From the NCBI GenBank assembly GCA_036785375.1, contig JAWMAR010000001.1, positions 26,164,001-26,228,000 of the forward strand: a stretch of DNA of 64,000 nt, written 5' to 3'. A program made the translations under genes and the position numbers. Source of the stretch: Leucoraja ocellata. Taxonomy: Eukaryota. How positions within the stretch are numbered: the first letter of the stretch is position 1; each line of letters opens with the position of its first letter. Below the pieces are notes generated by a model. The model did not search any database and was not told the origin of the DNA. It saw only the letters and a list, made by a program, of their open reading frames with translations. This document shows positions 24,476-38,769 of this stretch, piece by piece.

Positions 24476-25371
24476 TAAGGGGGCCATACGCAATTTCTTC
24501 CCGTAAAAGTGAAAAAAAAGTACAATTTTAATAAGAATAGACACAAAATGCTCGAGTAACTCAGCAGGTCAGGCAGCATCTCTGGAGAAAAGAAATAAGT
24601 GATGTTTAAGATCGAGACCCTTCTGCTTACACAATTTAAATAAATCTGTACTTAAAATTCAATATGACCAATAAGAAAGAATGCATTCTGCCTTGACTCC
24701 AGTAAATTAATTTAAAAAAGCGCACAAATTGGGAAATGAGAGCTGATATTTACACTGGGAAAGATGAATGCAGGGAGGGTACATAAATGCTGGCTTTTTG
24801 CAGTTCTATATATAACTCTCTTCCAATATTGGACATGTGAATTTGGCTAAAATTAGTTTGTGGATGACATCATGAAATACGCTTTTACCATGAACTTATC
24901 AGTCATTATTTTTGGAGGAGTGTACTTTTCATAGATCTGATTATGTAGAGCTGCTCAGTATTTTTTTTATGCAGCTTTATAAGCTTAACATGGCTACGAT
25001 TTTTGGCATGGCATCCTTTGTGTCAAGCCTTCATTTCCATCTATCTCCCCAGGACACTGAGGGAGAAAGAGAATGGATCTCTCATTTAGGATGACTCTGC
25101 TAATTATTATAATGCTAAAGTTGAATGGACTTTGAGTTTGGAAACATCACTCACTTCTGGCTGTCCATTACTTTTTTTTTCCTTTTCATTACTGGTCGGA
25201 ATCTCATAAATAGCTGCTACCAGAGACAGAAATTAATACAGGTAACGCCCCAAAAAATTAAGCCACGATGGTATTGACACCAAAAGAGACGGTGTAAACC
25301 CAAAGAGATGATAGTAAATTTCTCTATTTACCTTGGGGATGCACTGTAACAAGTGACAGATTTATAATGTG

Positions 25372-25560
25372 CATAACTCAGCAGGTCAGGCAACATTTCT
25401 GGAGAACATGGACTGGTGACATTTGGAGTCGGGTCCCTTCTTCAAACTCTTTCCCAACCTGAATGGTTGCCTATCCATGTTTACTGTTGCCTGATCTGCT
25501 GAGTTACTCCAGCATTTTGTTTCTTTCTTTGGTAAACCAGCATCTGCAGTTCCTTGTGTT
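25372..25560. mobile_element. Penelope-like fold-back remnant
   Basis: taactcagcaggtcaggcaaca... is inverted with ...tgttgcctgatctgctgagtta; degenerate hammerhead at about 25418-25445. Confidence 0.65.
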
Positions 25561-26633
25561 TATACTTAACTGCCCTCTAATCACTGCATTTTCTTAAGAT
25601 TGCCCTGTTTTTAATAGTGAAAATTGTAGCTATTTTTCCTCTGCCCCTTAAATCAACTGTTTAATGAGAAATTTGATTTTGTTTGTTGTTCTAACTGAGT
25701 CCCACAACCTGCTCCAACTCCAATTAGGTGGCTGATGCTATTCTTTAATGTTGTGTGAAACTTGCAGTGCCCCTATTGTAGCCCATCCAGCCACAAAATG
25801 ATTTACAGCTTTGTAAACTTGGTTAAATTGGTAGCTGTTTAATCCAACAATGGTGTATATTCCTTGTTTTTACTATTTATACATTCCTCAATCCATACTA
25901 GCATATTATTCAGAATCTCATGTTCTTGAATTTTGGACACTAAAATCTATAGCCATTTAACAATGACCTTCTAAATGTCCAAATATACAATGGGCACTGT
26001 TTAAAAAGCTCAGATTTGTCCAATATGATTCTGTGAAACCTAGTTAACTACTCCCTATCCTATTAATGTTTTCAGTATGCCATAAATCCACTGCATAATA
26101 ATTGAAAACTGTTTTCCCCACGACAGACGACTTTCTCCCTCAAGTAGATATACCACTTTGCAATCTGTGGGGACTTTCAGAATAAATGTGATTTTGGACG
26201 ATGACAGCCACTGCATCCACTATCTCCATAGTATCCAACTTTAGATATGCGTCATCAGCTCCTAGGGATTTATTGGCTTACAGTCCTGCTAGTTTTACTA
26301 CAGACCTTTGCTGTTACAAATGTGACTGGACAACACTCTAAACATACATTGTTTGGCAGGATGGATGTGCCCGTTGCTGCAGGGCTATAGGCATTTTGGG
26401 CTGGGTGGGAATGACGCATTTCTGCATGCCTTCTCTTCCCATCACCCATTCACCCGAGCTACAATAATTGGGGGCTGGGTAGAACCAACCAGAGCTGAGA
26501 GTGTTGAGGAGCTTCACTCACCGAGTCAATGAGGCACCTGCTCATTCCCCTGTACCTGCTGTCTCTATAATATTTTCTTATTGAATTGTTTCTGTTCAGT
26601 TCCATCTTTTAAAAAAAAATTGAATTGGGAACG

Positions 26634-26773
26634 GTTCATAAGTGATAGGAGCAGAATTAGGCCATTCGGTCCACCAAGTCTACTCCACCATTCAATCATG
26701 GCTGATCTATCTCTCCCTCCTAACCCCATTCTCCTGCCTTCTCCTCCATAACCCCGGACACCCGAACTAATCA
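26634..26773 (-). mobile_element. CR1 LINE 3' tail
   Basis: ttcataagtgataggagcagaattaggccattcgg...ccattcaatcatggctgatct, the reverse of the CR1 3'UTR. Confidence 0.75.
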
Positions 26774-27094
26774 GGAAAGGAACCATGTTGTAATCTGGTG
26801 ATTGCCTATATTGATAATTTCTTTCAGCTTCCCATTGACTTTGGTCGAGTTGGCCACTATTTGTAAGAGATTCCGCCTTCTGTGAAAGCAAAGACAAAAT
26901 ATTTATTTAATTTCTATTCAATTTCCTTATTTTGCAATATTTTCTTTTCCGACAATCTGTAGGAGATCTATGTTGATTTTTTTTCTAACATTGAGATATG
27001 TTAAGGCTTTTATGTTTCTTGATTTTTTTTGTCTTATTTTTGTTAGTCTTTGAATTCTTAAATTTTTCATTCGTTAAATGATGTAAATGCTCTA

Positions 27095-27725
27095 TTGCAT
27101 GCATTAAAAAGTTAGCAGCTAGATCCAATAACTAGTAAGGAAGACAAACAGCGTGTTGAGCTTTTTTGCAGAAAGGTTGAAGTTTAAGAATAGGGAGGTT
27201 TTGTTGCATTTGTATAGGCAATGGTGGGGGTACACCTTAAATACTGCATTCAATTTTAGTCTCATTACCTAAAAAAAGTTACAGAGTAGGATTGGAGATA
27301 GTCCAAAATACATTCACCAGACTAATTCCTGGGATGAGACCATTGTCAATCAAGACTGGCTAGACTGTCAGGTTTGTAATCCTTGGAGTTTAGAAGAATG
27401 AGGGATAACTTTATTCGAATGTTTAGGATCCTAGGGGGCTTTGGCAAGGCATATGTTGAGATATATACATTACTGGAGAGTCATGAGCAAGCTACAACCT
27501 AAGGAGTCTGTAATCTTAAACTACGGTGCATAGAAATGTATTCTGTGCAATTCTTTGCCACAAGGGTGGAGGAAACCTAACCACTGGATATTTAAGGTAG
27601 AAATAGATAAAATTGAAATCATGGGGAACTGGCACAGAAAAGGAATTGAGGACTGCATAGATCAACGCTAATCATTTCGGATGGTGGGCCAGATTTAAGC
27701 AAGAAAGTGGCCTATTTTCATGTGT
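27095..27725 (+). mobile_element. Old CR1 LINE 3' fragment
   Basis: ttggagtttagaagaatgagggataact and caattttagtct, similar to 15890-16050. Confidence 0.6.
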
Positions 27726-30634
27726 ACTTTTTGCCAACATCCTTTTGTTTTAATACTATTTTCATCTTCCCTTGTTGGTCATGGGTTGTTTGTGACAAGA
27801 AGAATGAAAAAATCTAAGTTATGGACAGTAAGGAAATAAGGTTGAATATCTTTTTTTAAAGTGCAAAAAATAAAAAGTAAAATTCTAAGAAATGTCTCAA
27901 AAATGAGCAGTTACAAAGGCAAATAGTAAAGTGTTTAATAAATACCAGGTAAAAGGGAAGGATGAAACTTAGAGGTAATTAGGAATAAAAAGGAAATCTA
28001 ATTGAAGGATAAGCTTATTGGATAATTGTTGTGTAATGGAGAATACTAGTAGGGAGGAAGGAGATCAATAAGAGAAAAAAGTAGAATAATGTAGTTGTGG
28101 ATAAAAATAGGGTGTGTGAAACCATAGGTGGAAATGTCATCAAATCCTGATGGTTGCATTTAAAAATGAGAGAAGTGAGACATCTTAGCTGCAATCATAT
28201 TTGTTGTCTGTGAGTAGTATCCAGAGACTCAAAGACTGCCAATGTACAACACCTGTTCATAAGGTTACGGCAGACCAGACAGCCTATTAGTCATAATTTA
28301 GATAACAAATTATGATGAATTTAAAGTTACATGCTTTCGTTTTACTTCATTTTTATTGCATCCCTTCCATAATATTTTATATTAAGTTCTGCCTGGAGTA
28401 CAGTAGCTGAGGCCAAAATAATAATTTGTATCCATGTCTATGAGTAAAACATCATAAATTCCTTTTTTTTTTACTGTTGCATAAGTGTACTCCCACCTTA
28501 AAAGATTCAGGAATTTCTGTTTTTGGATCACCTTGTTGCTTTTTTTGAGAGTACTTAATTTCACTGTTATTTATCCCAAATTGTTATACTTTAGTTTTCT
28601 CTACATTGAACAAATACTTCATAATTTTATTTATAACATTCATATCCTCTATTTTCTTTTATTTCATCAATAACTTCAGTTAAATTATATATGCTGACTT
28701 ATTTTTCCATCTAAGCTGATTATTCCTTGCTTTTCTAACCATTCAATTATTTCAAGCTGTATTATGGATGAACACTGTTTACTCACTGAGGTCTGCCAAA
28801 TGTGAGCAGACTTTTTCCTTTAGAGAATATTCAGTTGCATTCCCACATTGGAAGAACTATCCAATGTGGAAAAAAAAACATTGATGTTAAATTGTTCAGG
28901 CTTATACATATATAATGTCACATGATAGATGATTAATTGTATTATAGCTAATAAAATTCAATATTTTGGTACCAGTCCTCGTCCTTGCATCTGGCTTAGT
29001 GGGGGTGGGATGCAAACGATGGAGGTGGAATACTAATGACCTCTTCACTGACAGTTACAATTTGTTGAATTGTATGCCCACCTCCAATCCATGACAGACC
29101 CGTGTATTTTCATATTTTCCTCCTGAAACACACAATTTAGAAGTAGACACATGAGATTATTTTAACGAGGGTCATTGAAAATTCTGTCCTGAAGTTAGCT
29201 TTTCACATATTAGTGATTTTATTTTGTTGTCTTACGTGAAGTGAAAGCATTGTTTTTCAACCTCGCTGCCTGATCTTTCAGTTCTTCAGTGATCCAGCCC
29301 AAGTGCATTACACATATTCAATGACCAAGACCAAAGTTTATTTTGACAAACTGGCAGGAATATTACATTGTTTGATCTTATATTAATCTGGCCATGCCAT
29401 CACATACGTATTTAAAAATGAAATTTAAGGAGAGAAAATGTACAGGGTTTTTGTGGATTCAGGCTGGAAATTGAACTTCACACAGTCACGTTGTTGCCAC
29501 TTCATGGCTGCCCTTGGCCCAGTGTTCTCTACTCTTTAGTCATGCTCTGCTCCCTCCCCAATTTTGGATCCACATGGATTAATGCGCTGTAAATCTTAGA
29601 CTCGTACAACATAAAGACAGGCTACAGAATCCATGCCAGCCATCTTGAATCGTATATCATACGAGAGTGATGAGAGAGCAAAATATTTTTACCATTGCCA
29701 TATGTCAGATATAGGAAACTTCTGGAAAATATTGCGTATTTTTTCAGCTGTTAGTCATCAGGAAATTGACTAATATTTGTAGGGATCCAACACTTTCAAA
29801 AACCAGTGCTTTGTTGCACATTTTCCATGCAAAATATTGTACTCTTGTATGCAATTATTCCATAGGTATTGGTCATTCAGTCTGATATGATACTGCCATT
29901 TGAAAGACATTCATGAGCAATGAGGCTGGTGAACTCCAGTTACCTACATTGCTTTGTACATCTCTAATGCGTGCACGTTGAGTATAATCAAAGGGTCATT
30001 ATTAAGAGCAACATTCGTGTATCTGTCAATCTGAAATGCATGCCAGACAGTTGAATGATTCTTTTGCTATTTCCTCTTCTACTTTTCAAAACCAGAGACT
30101 TGAAAATGGATTGATTTTCAAAGAGTTTTTAGTCCCATAAAAGGTGCTCTATTATATTGCCAATCTAAATCTTCGGATTATCTTCTAAATCCATAGAAAA
30201 TACTCAGGATGCAATGTTTGCCAGCATTTAGAAAAGTCATTAAGAAACCAGGTTAAGGTTTCTAAGGCTTAATTACTAATGTCCTCTTGGCGTCATCATG
30301 TCAATTCCCTTCTTAGATTCAGCAGGACTTTAGTATTTCTGATATTTTCCAGTGGCAATGTAGATGGTCAGAATTTGCAGTTTTTGCCTTTGGCTTTACA
30401 GGGAACAAGTCATTATTTCTAATATTTCAATTTTTTCTAAAATAAATTCAGGTCTTATAAATGAGCAGACATAATGTTGCAGATATCTAGAGGGAACAAA
30501 TCTTGCAGAATTGTTGTTAATGTCTTGAATGTGTTCATATCAGTCAGGTCATTGAATGCTTCACATTTATGCCCTGTCCAAGTATGTCATAAGAAACGTT
30601 CCTCAAATGTCATTTTTCATTCATCTTTCTTCAG

Positions 30635-30886
30635 GGTAGCCAGGAGCCAGCAGCCACCCCAGACGCTATGGTACAGCCGTATGCTACAGTTCCATTCCCT
30701 GCCCCCCCTCCTCCTCCTCCTCCACAGAATGGAATTCCAACAGAATACACTGTTCCACACACTCAGGACTACACAGGTCAGACGCCAGTCCCAGATCATA
30801 GTCTGAACATCTACGCATCCAGTCAGACCCTTGGGGAACAGAGTGGCACAATTGCCAATGTGCAGCCTGTATCTGGAACCGCCACA
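30635..30886 (+). CDS. RBFOX2: RBFOX2 common N-terminal exon ([16 protein letters not shown]...PQNGIPTEY...SGTAT), 252 nt
   Basis: Pyrimidine tract plus ttcag| acceptor, 84 open codons, ACA|gtaagt donor. The motifs [15 protein letters not shown] and PHTQDY are RBFOX2-like. Confidence 0.95.
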
Positions 30887-32094
30887 GTAAGTTAAAATCC
30901 AGGCTTTAGTCTTCACCCTACACGGTGATAAATTGCAAAAAAAGTTCAATTTTATATATCGTTATTATTTTAATATCCTTATATTATAGCCACAGCAAGA
31001 ATCAAATATATGGTATGCTTGTTTTACAAATGGACAGCCATGACATATATGTATATAATTTATAAAAAATAACCTCATAATTGCCTAATTCCAGCTAACC
31101 CATTATATATGGAAACAATAGCCCAGAATTTGTATGTTTGGAGTTCATGAAGAAGAATTTAAAGCAAATGTACTATTAATGGGAAGGCCAGCTTTAATAA
31201 AAGTGCATTCTATTTGTATGAATTCCCTTATCTATTGCTAAATAAAAATAAAAAGTACATTTTGTTCCTACCAAAGGAACCTGTATAACCTTTCTGTTGG
31301 TGGAAGAAGTACCCCTGCTAATGAAAGATTTACTGGGTTATAAGGTAACCAATGTAAATCTGCTGATATTTGCTGCCATTTCCCACCAGGTGTTTGCAGT
31401 CATGAGGAACCCAGCCATTAGTTCAAAGGTCCTTTATTTTTAATCTGGAATCCCTGTTATAAAATATTGGAAAGATTATATTACAAAAAGCCAGAGTAAA
31501 TTTGGTGGGAGCAAGCTCTCATAATTAAATGAAAGTAGTTTGCACCCAAATGAGGTACTCCACTACAGCATCTAATTGTTTACATCTGCTTATACTCGAA
31601 TAATTTAAACATTGAAAATGTAGTTGTATATAACTTATTTCACTTTCTGTGCCATTTATTAATGTTCGAAAACACTAAGAAATAGATAGCTCAGTGGTGA
31701 TCTGGAGGTCCCTCTGCCAAGCACCCAATGGAAAGGAAACAAAATGTAAAAACTAAATTTAACAATTTTTACAGTAAATTCAGATGTTTCAGAAATCAAG
31801 GCACTTAAATAGAATTAAGATATAGGTCAACAATATTATAATTTAAATGCATAATGGTTTTGAGGCACTGGTGGATTTACTCTTGTTATAATAAACATTA
31901 GTTTACTATGCAATTACTATGCAGTCCAGTCTCCATTGTTTCTGACCTAAATGCCGTGAACTTTTAGGCTTATCAAGAAGTCTTGCCAAGTGGTCAAACT
32001 GGGCCAATTTCAGCTTTGCCCAACTCTTCATTTATTTTGCACATTCATCTTATCTTATATGTTTATACAACAAATTTGAGATTATACTTGTATC

Positions 32095-32420
32095 AACACA
32101 CAAGGCCCATTGTTGAGTCCATGCCGGTTCCCAGGGAGTAATTCTATAGTTTAATTCCACCTCTTTTCCCAGTCCTCTTGCAATGAACTCTGTTGCATAC
32201 ATAACAATCAACAGCCCTTTGATTCATTTATTTTATTATCTGCCCACATGGGTTGATAATCTACAACAGCCAATTGACCTTCTAGGAAATCTTTGGAATT
32301 TGGAAGGCAATGGAATCACCCAGGGAAAACCCATGAGGTACAGAGAAAACGAGTAAACTGCACAGATAGCACCCACGGTCAGAATCGAACTCACGTTCCT
32401 GGAGCTGGTAGGCAGTCGTA
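32095..32420 (-). mobile_element. V-SINE remnant
   Basis: cccagggaaaacccatg...gtaaactgcacagatagcacccacggtcagaatcgaac (reverse SINE head and core). Confidence 0.55.
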
Positions 32421-32553
32421 TTAATTACTGTTCCATCTTGCTGCCCATGATAGGTCATAATTAACTGACATGAATTAAAACTAAACTCACAAAGTTATAG
32501 TCTTGAGCTTTTTAGCTGTTGACATATTAGAAAAACAACTGATAAATTCACAG

Positions 32554-32658
32554 GTAGACAAAAGTGCTCGATAAACTCAGCGGGTGCAGCAGCATCTATG
32601 GAGCGAAGGAAATAGGCAACGTTTCGGGCCGAAACCCTTCTTCAGACTCTTCAAAATT
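32554..32658 (-). mobile_element. Penelope-like terminal repeat with hammerhead (32618-32645) and 14-bp flanking direct repeat
   Basis: tgataaattcacag at 32540-32553 and 32659-32672. Reverse complement reads ctgaagaagggtttcggcccgaaacgtt. Confidence 0.8.
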
Positions 32659-33439
32659 TGATAAATTCACAGAGTAGTCCCACAAATTATTGCAATGTAG
32701 TGAATTCTCTAACATTATTATTACAGCTCTCACGTACAGTAATTGATGGCCTCAGTGTAGATAAACACTACTGACCAGAACATTAACTAGTGAGATGATC
32801 TGCAGCTTTTTTTTGCTCCTTCCAAATTTTTAACTGTGATGTCCTGACTCCACCCAGCTACAAATATTTTATATTGTGGGTTTGTTCTAGATTTGATTGT
32901 CCACCATGAAATATGTCCATAAATAAGCTTTTAAAATGTATATTTTGCAAAAGCATTTGAACTTATTGTCCTGTTGACCAATCTGGGTAGATGTATTGAC
33001 TAATTAGATTATGTGTTTAGAATTCTCATATGGTTTTCTGGGTGGCCTTATGTATTTAGCAATCTCTAGATAACTTGAAATTAAATATAATTTAAAAAAA
33101 TTTAAAATGTGATTTTACTGGAGCTCACTAATTTTGCTACCATGCTCCCTGCCCTGCTTTTATCAGCCAGATTGATGGGAATGTTGAAACAGTTGCTGTG
33201 CCTGTTTGAAGGGTCTTTGACCAACAGTGTAGTGAGAAGCCCCACTGTTGACTGTTGACGGCTCGCACAGCTGTCAAACCAGTTCAGCATGTTCTGTCCT
33301 TTCACCCTAAACTCTAGTGCTGACGATTCTGGACAGCTGTACACAGGAGACCGCATAGAAAAGCTATTTCAAAACTGCCTTTCCTTTGTTTTTCTCTCGT
33401 TAAGATGCAGCATTTAGTAATGAAATAAAGTAGGAAACA

Positions 33440-33453
33440 GTTGCCTTGGCAAC
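33440..33453. promoter_or_regulatory. RFX X-box-like motif GTTGCCTTGGCAAC
   Basis: Near-perfect match to the palindromic X-box GTTGCCATGGCAAC, in a non-repetitive intronic stretch (about 33100-33460). Confidence 0.45.
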
Positions 33454-33559
33454 GCTGGAGGATTGTAGTTGTACACTTCAATATCCAAACACACTACCCC
33501 ATCAACACCCATTCTGATTCGCTTGCTGTTTCACAGTTCTGAGCATTTTCAGCTTTTCG

Positions 33560-34095
33560 TCGAGTCATAGAGTGATACAATGTGGGAATAGGCCCTTAGG
33601 CCCAACTCGCCCACACCGCTAACAATGTCCCAGCTACACTTGCCTGGTCCATATCCCTCCAAACCTGTCCTATCCATATCCCTGTCTAACTGTTTCTTAA
33701 ATGATGGGGTAGTCCCAGCCTCAACTACCTCCTCTGGCAGCTTGTTCCATACACCCACCACCCTTTGTATGACAAAGTTACCCCTCGGATTCCTATAAAA
33801 TCTTTTCTCCTTCACCTTGAACCTATGTCCTCTGGTCCCCGATTCCCCTACTCTGGGCAAAATACTCTGTGCATCTACCCGATATATTCCTCTCATGATT
33901 TTGTATAGCTGTATAAGATCTCCCCTCATCCTTCTGTGCTCCATGGAATAGAGACCCAGCCTACTCAACCTCTCCCTATAAGCTCACACCCTCTAGTCCT
34001 GGTAATATCTTTGTAAATATTTACTGAATGCTTTCAAGCTTGAAACCATGTTATCTTTTCTATGACATGGTGCCCAGAACTGAACACAATATTAT
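33560..34095 (-). mobile_element. CR1 LINE 3' fragment
   Basis: ORF 33549-33968: LGLYSMEHRRMRGDLIQLYKIMRG..TRGHRFKV..QRVVGVWNKLP. Confidence 0.9.
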
Positions 34096-35510
34096 AAACA
34101 TTTTGTTGCCTAGGCTCAACAGAATATTCATTTTTTTAATTGGAGATTGCTAGTTCTACCAGCAGTTCTCTCCCTACTTATCTATGTTAACCATTGGAAT
34201 ATAATTCCAGAAAAATATCCGAATTTTTGAAGCAGTGAAACATTTCTAAACATGCATTTGTTTTTATTTCTAAGCTGCTGATATTTGGTGGATAATATTC
34301 TCGGTAGTGTAGAAGTATTTTATAAAAATGTAGTTGGAGTCCTTCACTGGCCATATGTTGTATTCTAGAGATAGATCTGCCGTTGTACAGTATTCATGTT
34401 TTTGGGGAACTTGGAACAAACTCAATTTCTACAATAAACTGATTCTACAAATGCCACGTACTGAAGAAAAGTGATGTAGCTTTGTTATTCAAATACTTTT
34501 TAACAGTTTGAGGTTCGAGTTAGAAAGGGACGCTACTGCGCGGCAGGATTATGAATTAACTTTGCCTTTCTTATCGGCACAATGACACTCGTAAATGTGT
34601 CATCAGAAAGCAGCTGAGCCCAGGAAAGTGTGTGTTCATCTTTCACACCTGTGGGGTTGCTGGTGCTCTATAGTTACATACACAGTTCATCTGTTTGGTG
34701 ACATTCAGTTGAACAAGAATGGAAATTAAATTGCAACTCCGGATTTGGAGGAACAAATACCAGTGGGATTGACAAGTTCCTCTTTAGCATTCTCTGTTAT
34801 GTCACTGTTGCTAGTCCTCTAGACCTATCAATATTATGTCTTTACATCCTGTGTACTTCATACCACTCTTCCAAAGTAAACTAAATCTAAGCACATTCGG
34901 GTATCATCTTTTCAGTGAGAATCTTGATAACTACCAGTCAGTTTCGAGCTAATCCAAGTAATTATGTTGGTTCAAGATTTGAATGCTGCTTTAGAAATAA
35001 TTGAATTTCTTCTTAAATTGAGTTGTGTTCATGCATGTATTGACCCAATTAATTCATGTTGTTAAATACCTTTTGTTTGTGAGTATGTACGGTGTGTCTT
35101 TAGGGAGCCTTGGCCATTGCAAATTTCACCAGGTCATCTTTGGTAGCTTGATATGATGAAACATGAAAGTGACAGTGGTGAAGTAGGCATGTGCATTCTT
35201 CGTCGTTTGGGCCAGTAAAGTAGGAAAGTTTTGTTGCAACTGTATAAAACTTTAAAGGAAGGATGTGGAAGCTTTGGAGAGGATGCAGAAGAGATTTACC
35301 AGGATGTTAGTTGAATAGGAGTAGTGTATTGGCTTAACCGAGTGGTTGAATAAACTTGGATTCTTAGGCTGAAGTGTCAGAGGCTAAGTAGCAAACTGAT
35401 AAGTCTGTAAAATTATGAATAGGGTAGTTAGTGTAGAAAATAGTGTAGAGAACTTGAATAGGGTAGTTATGCAAGAGTTTTTCTCAGGGTGGAAATGTCA
35501 ACTACTAGAG

Positions 35511-35651
35511 GGAAGACAAAAATGCTGGAGAAACTCAGCAGGTGAAGCAGCATCTATGGAGCGAAGGAGATAAGCAATGTTTCGGGCCGAAACCCTTCTT
35601 CAGACTTCAGGTGCTCAACCATTGAGTTTCTCCAGCATTTTTGTCTACCTT
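35511..35651 (-). mobile_element. Penelope-like fold-back with hammerhead (35576-35603), adjoining a CR1 fragment (about 35210-35510)
   Basis: gacaaaaatgctggagaaactca ... tgagtttctccagcatttttgtc terminal inverted arms. Confidence 0.75.
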
Positions 35652-36296
35652 GGGTGTTTAGAAATGGTCAGCAGCGATGTTTTCCAATGTCTTGTTAAGC
35701 TTTATATGAATAATGGTTAGTTGCGCTAAATATGGTTCAGTTTTCACTTGATTGCAGGCACTTTACACAGGGTGTTGTCCAAACGTTTTGAAGGTGAGCA
35801 AGGCTAGGCATAGAATCCCTCAAGTGGGCTGCACAGAGTTATACAGAAATTAAAATGAGGTTCCTTCAGGTAAAACGCTAAAGTTCTGTGTTTAAAAATC
35901 AAGACTTTTCATATAGTATATGGAAATAACTTGGATACAGCAATATCCCAGGATTTCTCCCCTCCTCGTATTGTTAGCGTTCACAGTAAAACATGTCATA
36001 GTTAAGAGTCAGCATTCTTAGAACATAAAGGAAGGGGGGAATTTGTACAAGTGCAGAATTTTTTGAAGAAACAAATGTACCTACAGACCTGTGATAAATG
36101 GCCCTGTTGTAAACCAGATACCAATTTGTAGTTCCTGACTGGCTCAAGATAGTTTTGTAACTACAAATATTGTTCATTTGGAAATAAGAAATATTTAATT
36201 GTGCATCCATAATCATTTACTGTATTAACAGAAATGTTTTGATTGAAATATTCAGCAGCAAAATTGTCTTCTTTCCTTTTTTTCCTATTCTTTCAG

Positions 36297-36437
36297 CAGA
36301 CAGATGAAGCAGCACAGACAGATGGACAACAAACACAAATCACAGAGAGCAGTGAGAGCAAACCCATACCTAAACGGCTTCACGTTTCCAACATTCCCTT
36401 TCGATTCCGTGATCCCGACCTCAGGCAAATGTTTGGG
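36297..36437 (+). CDS. RBFOX2: RBFOX2 exon with linker and RRM start/RNP2 ([12 protein letters not shown]...[23 protein letters not shown])
   Basis: tttcag|CAG tandem acceptor, 141 nt, GGG|gtaaga donor. [22 protein letters not shown] is the invariant Fox-1 family RRM start. Confidence 0.97.
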
Positions 36438-38769
36438 GTAAGAATGAGCTTTTACTGGAACTCTGTTCAAAGCTTCATAGAAAAAAATATTTCCCATTAA
36501 TGTTCCCTCAGAAAAGGAATTTATGAGCAATGCTTGGTGCAAAAAGGTTGGTGAAAGATTTTTAAAACGGGGATTGGAATAATATAAAGAGTAGTTCCTT
36601 ATAACTTAAATTTCATCTCTAGAGCTTGGGGTGCAGTCTGCATGGAACAGCGAAATAAGAGGGGGAAAATGGAAATTAATTTGGAAGATATCTTTCCAAT
36701 TCTGTGCAATTGAAATTCAACAGTGCAAAATAACTGGTTATCGATCTGTTTATATGTGAACTTTAGCACTATTTCTGACCCTTTGATTTATTCCTATACA
36801 ATTTACTGTATGTTGATTGCACGTTAGTTATTAAATTAACAAGTGTGGTTCTGAAGCTGTTTAGTGTAACAATACCAAAATGCTAGCGGTATGTTTGCAT
36901 CTGCAGCTATCTTCTGTCGCAAACTTTGTTGGGATGTACTCTTCATCTCATGACCTCCCAACAAATAAAAATGAAAAGTATAATACATCATTCAATGTCA
37001 GTGATTATTCTCCTTTCTAACCCTATAGCTGAAATCCCTCATGATTGGGATCATCACCTATGCACCACTGATATTTTTTAATTTCTTTAAAATTTGATTT
37101 TGCCGCATTCCCTTTTCCTACTCTGTAAGATTCTGTGGGTGTCAAAAGCTTTCTTATACCCCATCCAACTAGGAATAGACACATGAGCCATTGTATTATT
37201 CGTAAGTGAGATGGACAAGGGGAAGAGCACAATATAATCATTTTGGCACAAGAGATCGCTGTTCAGCCCAGCATTTTGCTGTCCCTGTGTGCAGCAATTT
37301 ATTCCAATTCTTTCTCTGCAATTCTTTGAAAGCATCGGTTAGTTCTGTTTCCAATATTCTTACAGCAAAGAGATCCAAATTATAACACTCTTAACATATA
37401 AAGTTGTCCCTAACCATCTTTCTTGTAGCTTGTAGTACTTAAAATATATGCCCTGATGCTTGACCTATCCATTAATGGAAACAGACTTTCTTTATACCCT
37501 CTCATGATAAAAACAGATCCATGAAAACTCCCTTCTAATTTTGTTGCTCTAATAACAACCCCAGCTTCTCCAGTCTAAAATACTGGTAAATCAGGCCAGG
37601 GTGAGAATACTGTATCCAGCTTTGGTCCACACCACCACACAAAGTAACTCTATTTTGGAGAAAAAAGGAAGATTCACTAGAATGATCCCCACTAGATTTT
37701 TAATTTCTGTTTTGAGATGAATATGAAAAATTGCTGAGCAAAATCATCATGATTGAAATTGTATTTGATGCTCAGTTTTACAAACAATGAACTTTAATAT
37801 CAAAGGATACAGTGAGGCATGTAAGATGGTCTTAAATGTTTGATCTTTCCCTCCAGCAGATGAAGTGCATTCAAGTAATTTTTTATTTGCTATATTTGAA
37901 TTTACATTCTGGATAGCCAGTGGCAGTGAGTTGCCCTATTAATCTAGCTACTTAGCCTAGCAGCAGATTCACAGACCCATGAAAAGTTTGCTGTTGGAAT
38001 AATGGAACCACATTTAGCAGCATGAACCCCATGAACCAGAATGCCAGTCACCAAGAATCTGAATCAAAGTGGAGACAGTGTAAAACAGTAATTTGCATGT
38101 ATTGTGCACTTTCAATGCATGAAAATGTCACAAAACGCTGACAGTCATAATCAGAAAAGGAAAAAAAAAAAGATAGCCAGGGCAAAGAAAGAAGTAGTGC
38201 AAAACTGTGTTGTCAATGGTGGGAGGAAAAAGTGCGGAGTCCAAGCAGTAAAGTAGTTGGAAGAACAGCATTCCGTAAGCTGAAGGATGGTTTTTAGAGC
38301 GAGGAAAGGCCAAATAAATGAACATAAATGTTGAAATTATACTTTTGGGACCAGAGGTTCAAGAGTCCATTGTCAGTTAACATATTTTCATGTCCGTTTG
38401 TGCATGGTCTTCTGCCAGTTTAGTAGAATCCATGTATCAAAATCTGAGCAAATCAGTGGCTCATTAACATCATATATGGTTTGAATTGCACATAGCAAGG
38501 AATCTTAACCATTATGATTTTACATCAAATTAAACATAATATGGGGTGAATTAAAGTTTTAATTTTGGCCCTAGAAAATTCCAAATAAATTGGTATCCTG
38601 TGCTGCCTTGGTATCCGAGGGGAAATTTGTCACTGCTGCAGCAGAAATAAGAGGAAGGCTGGGTAGGCTTAGCAGTAATGTTTCACCTTGGAGATGAATT
38701 AAAATCCATAATGAAAACAAAAAATACTAAACGGATCTATTCCCATCTGTGGGAAGAGAACCCGTCAAT

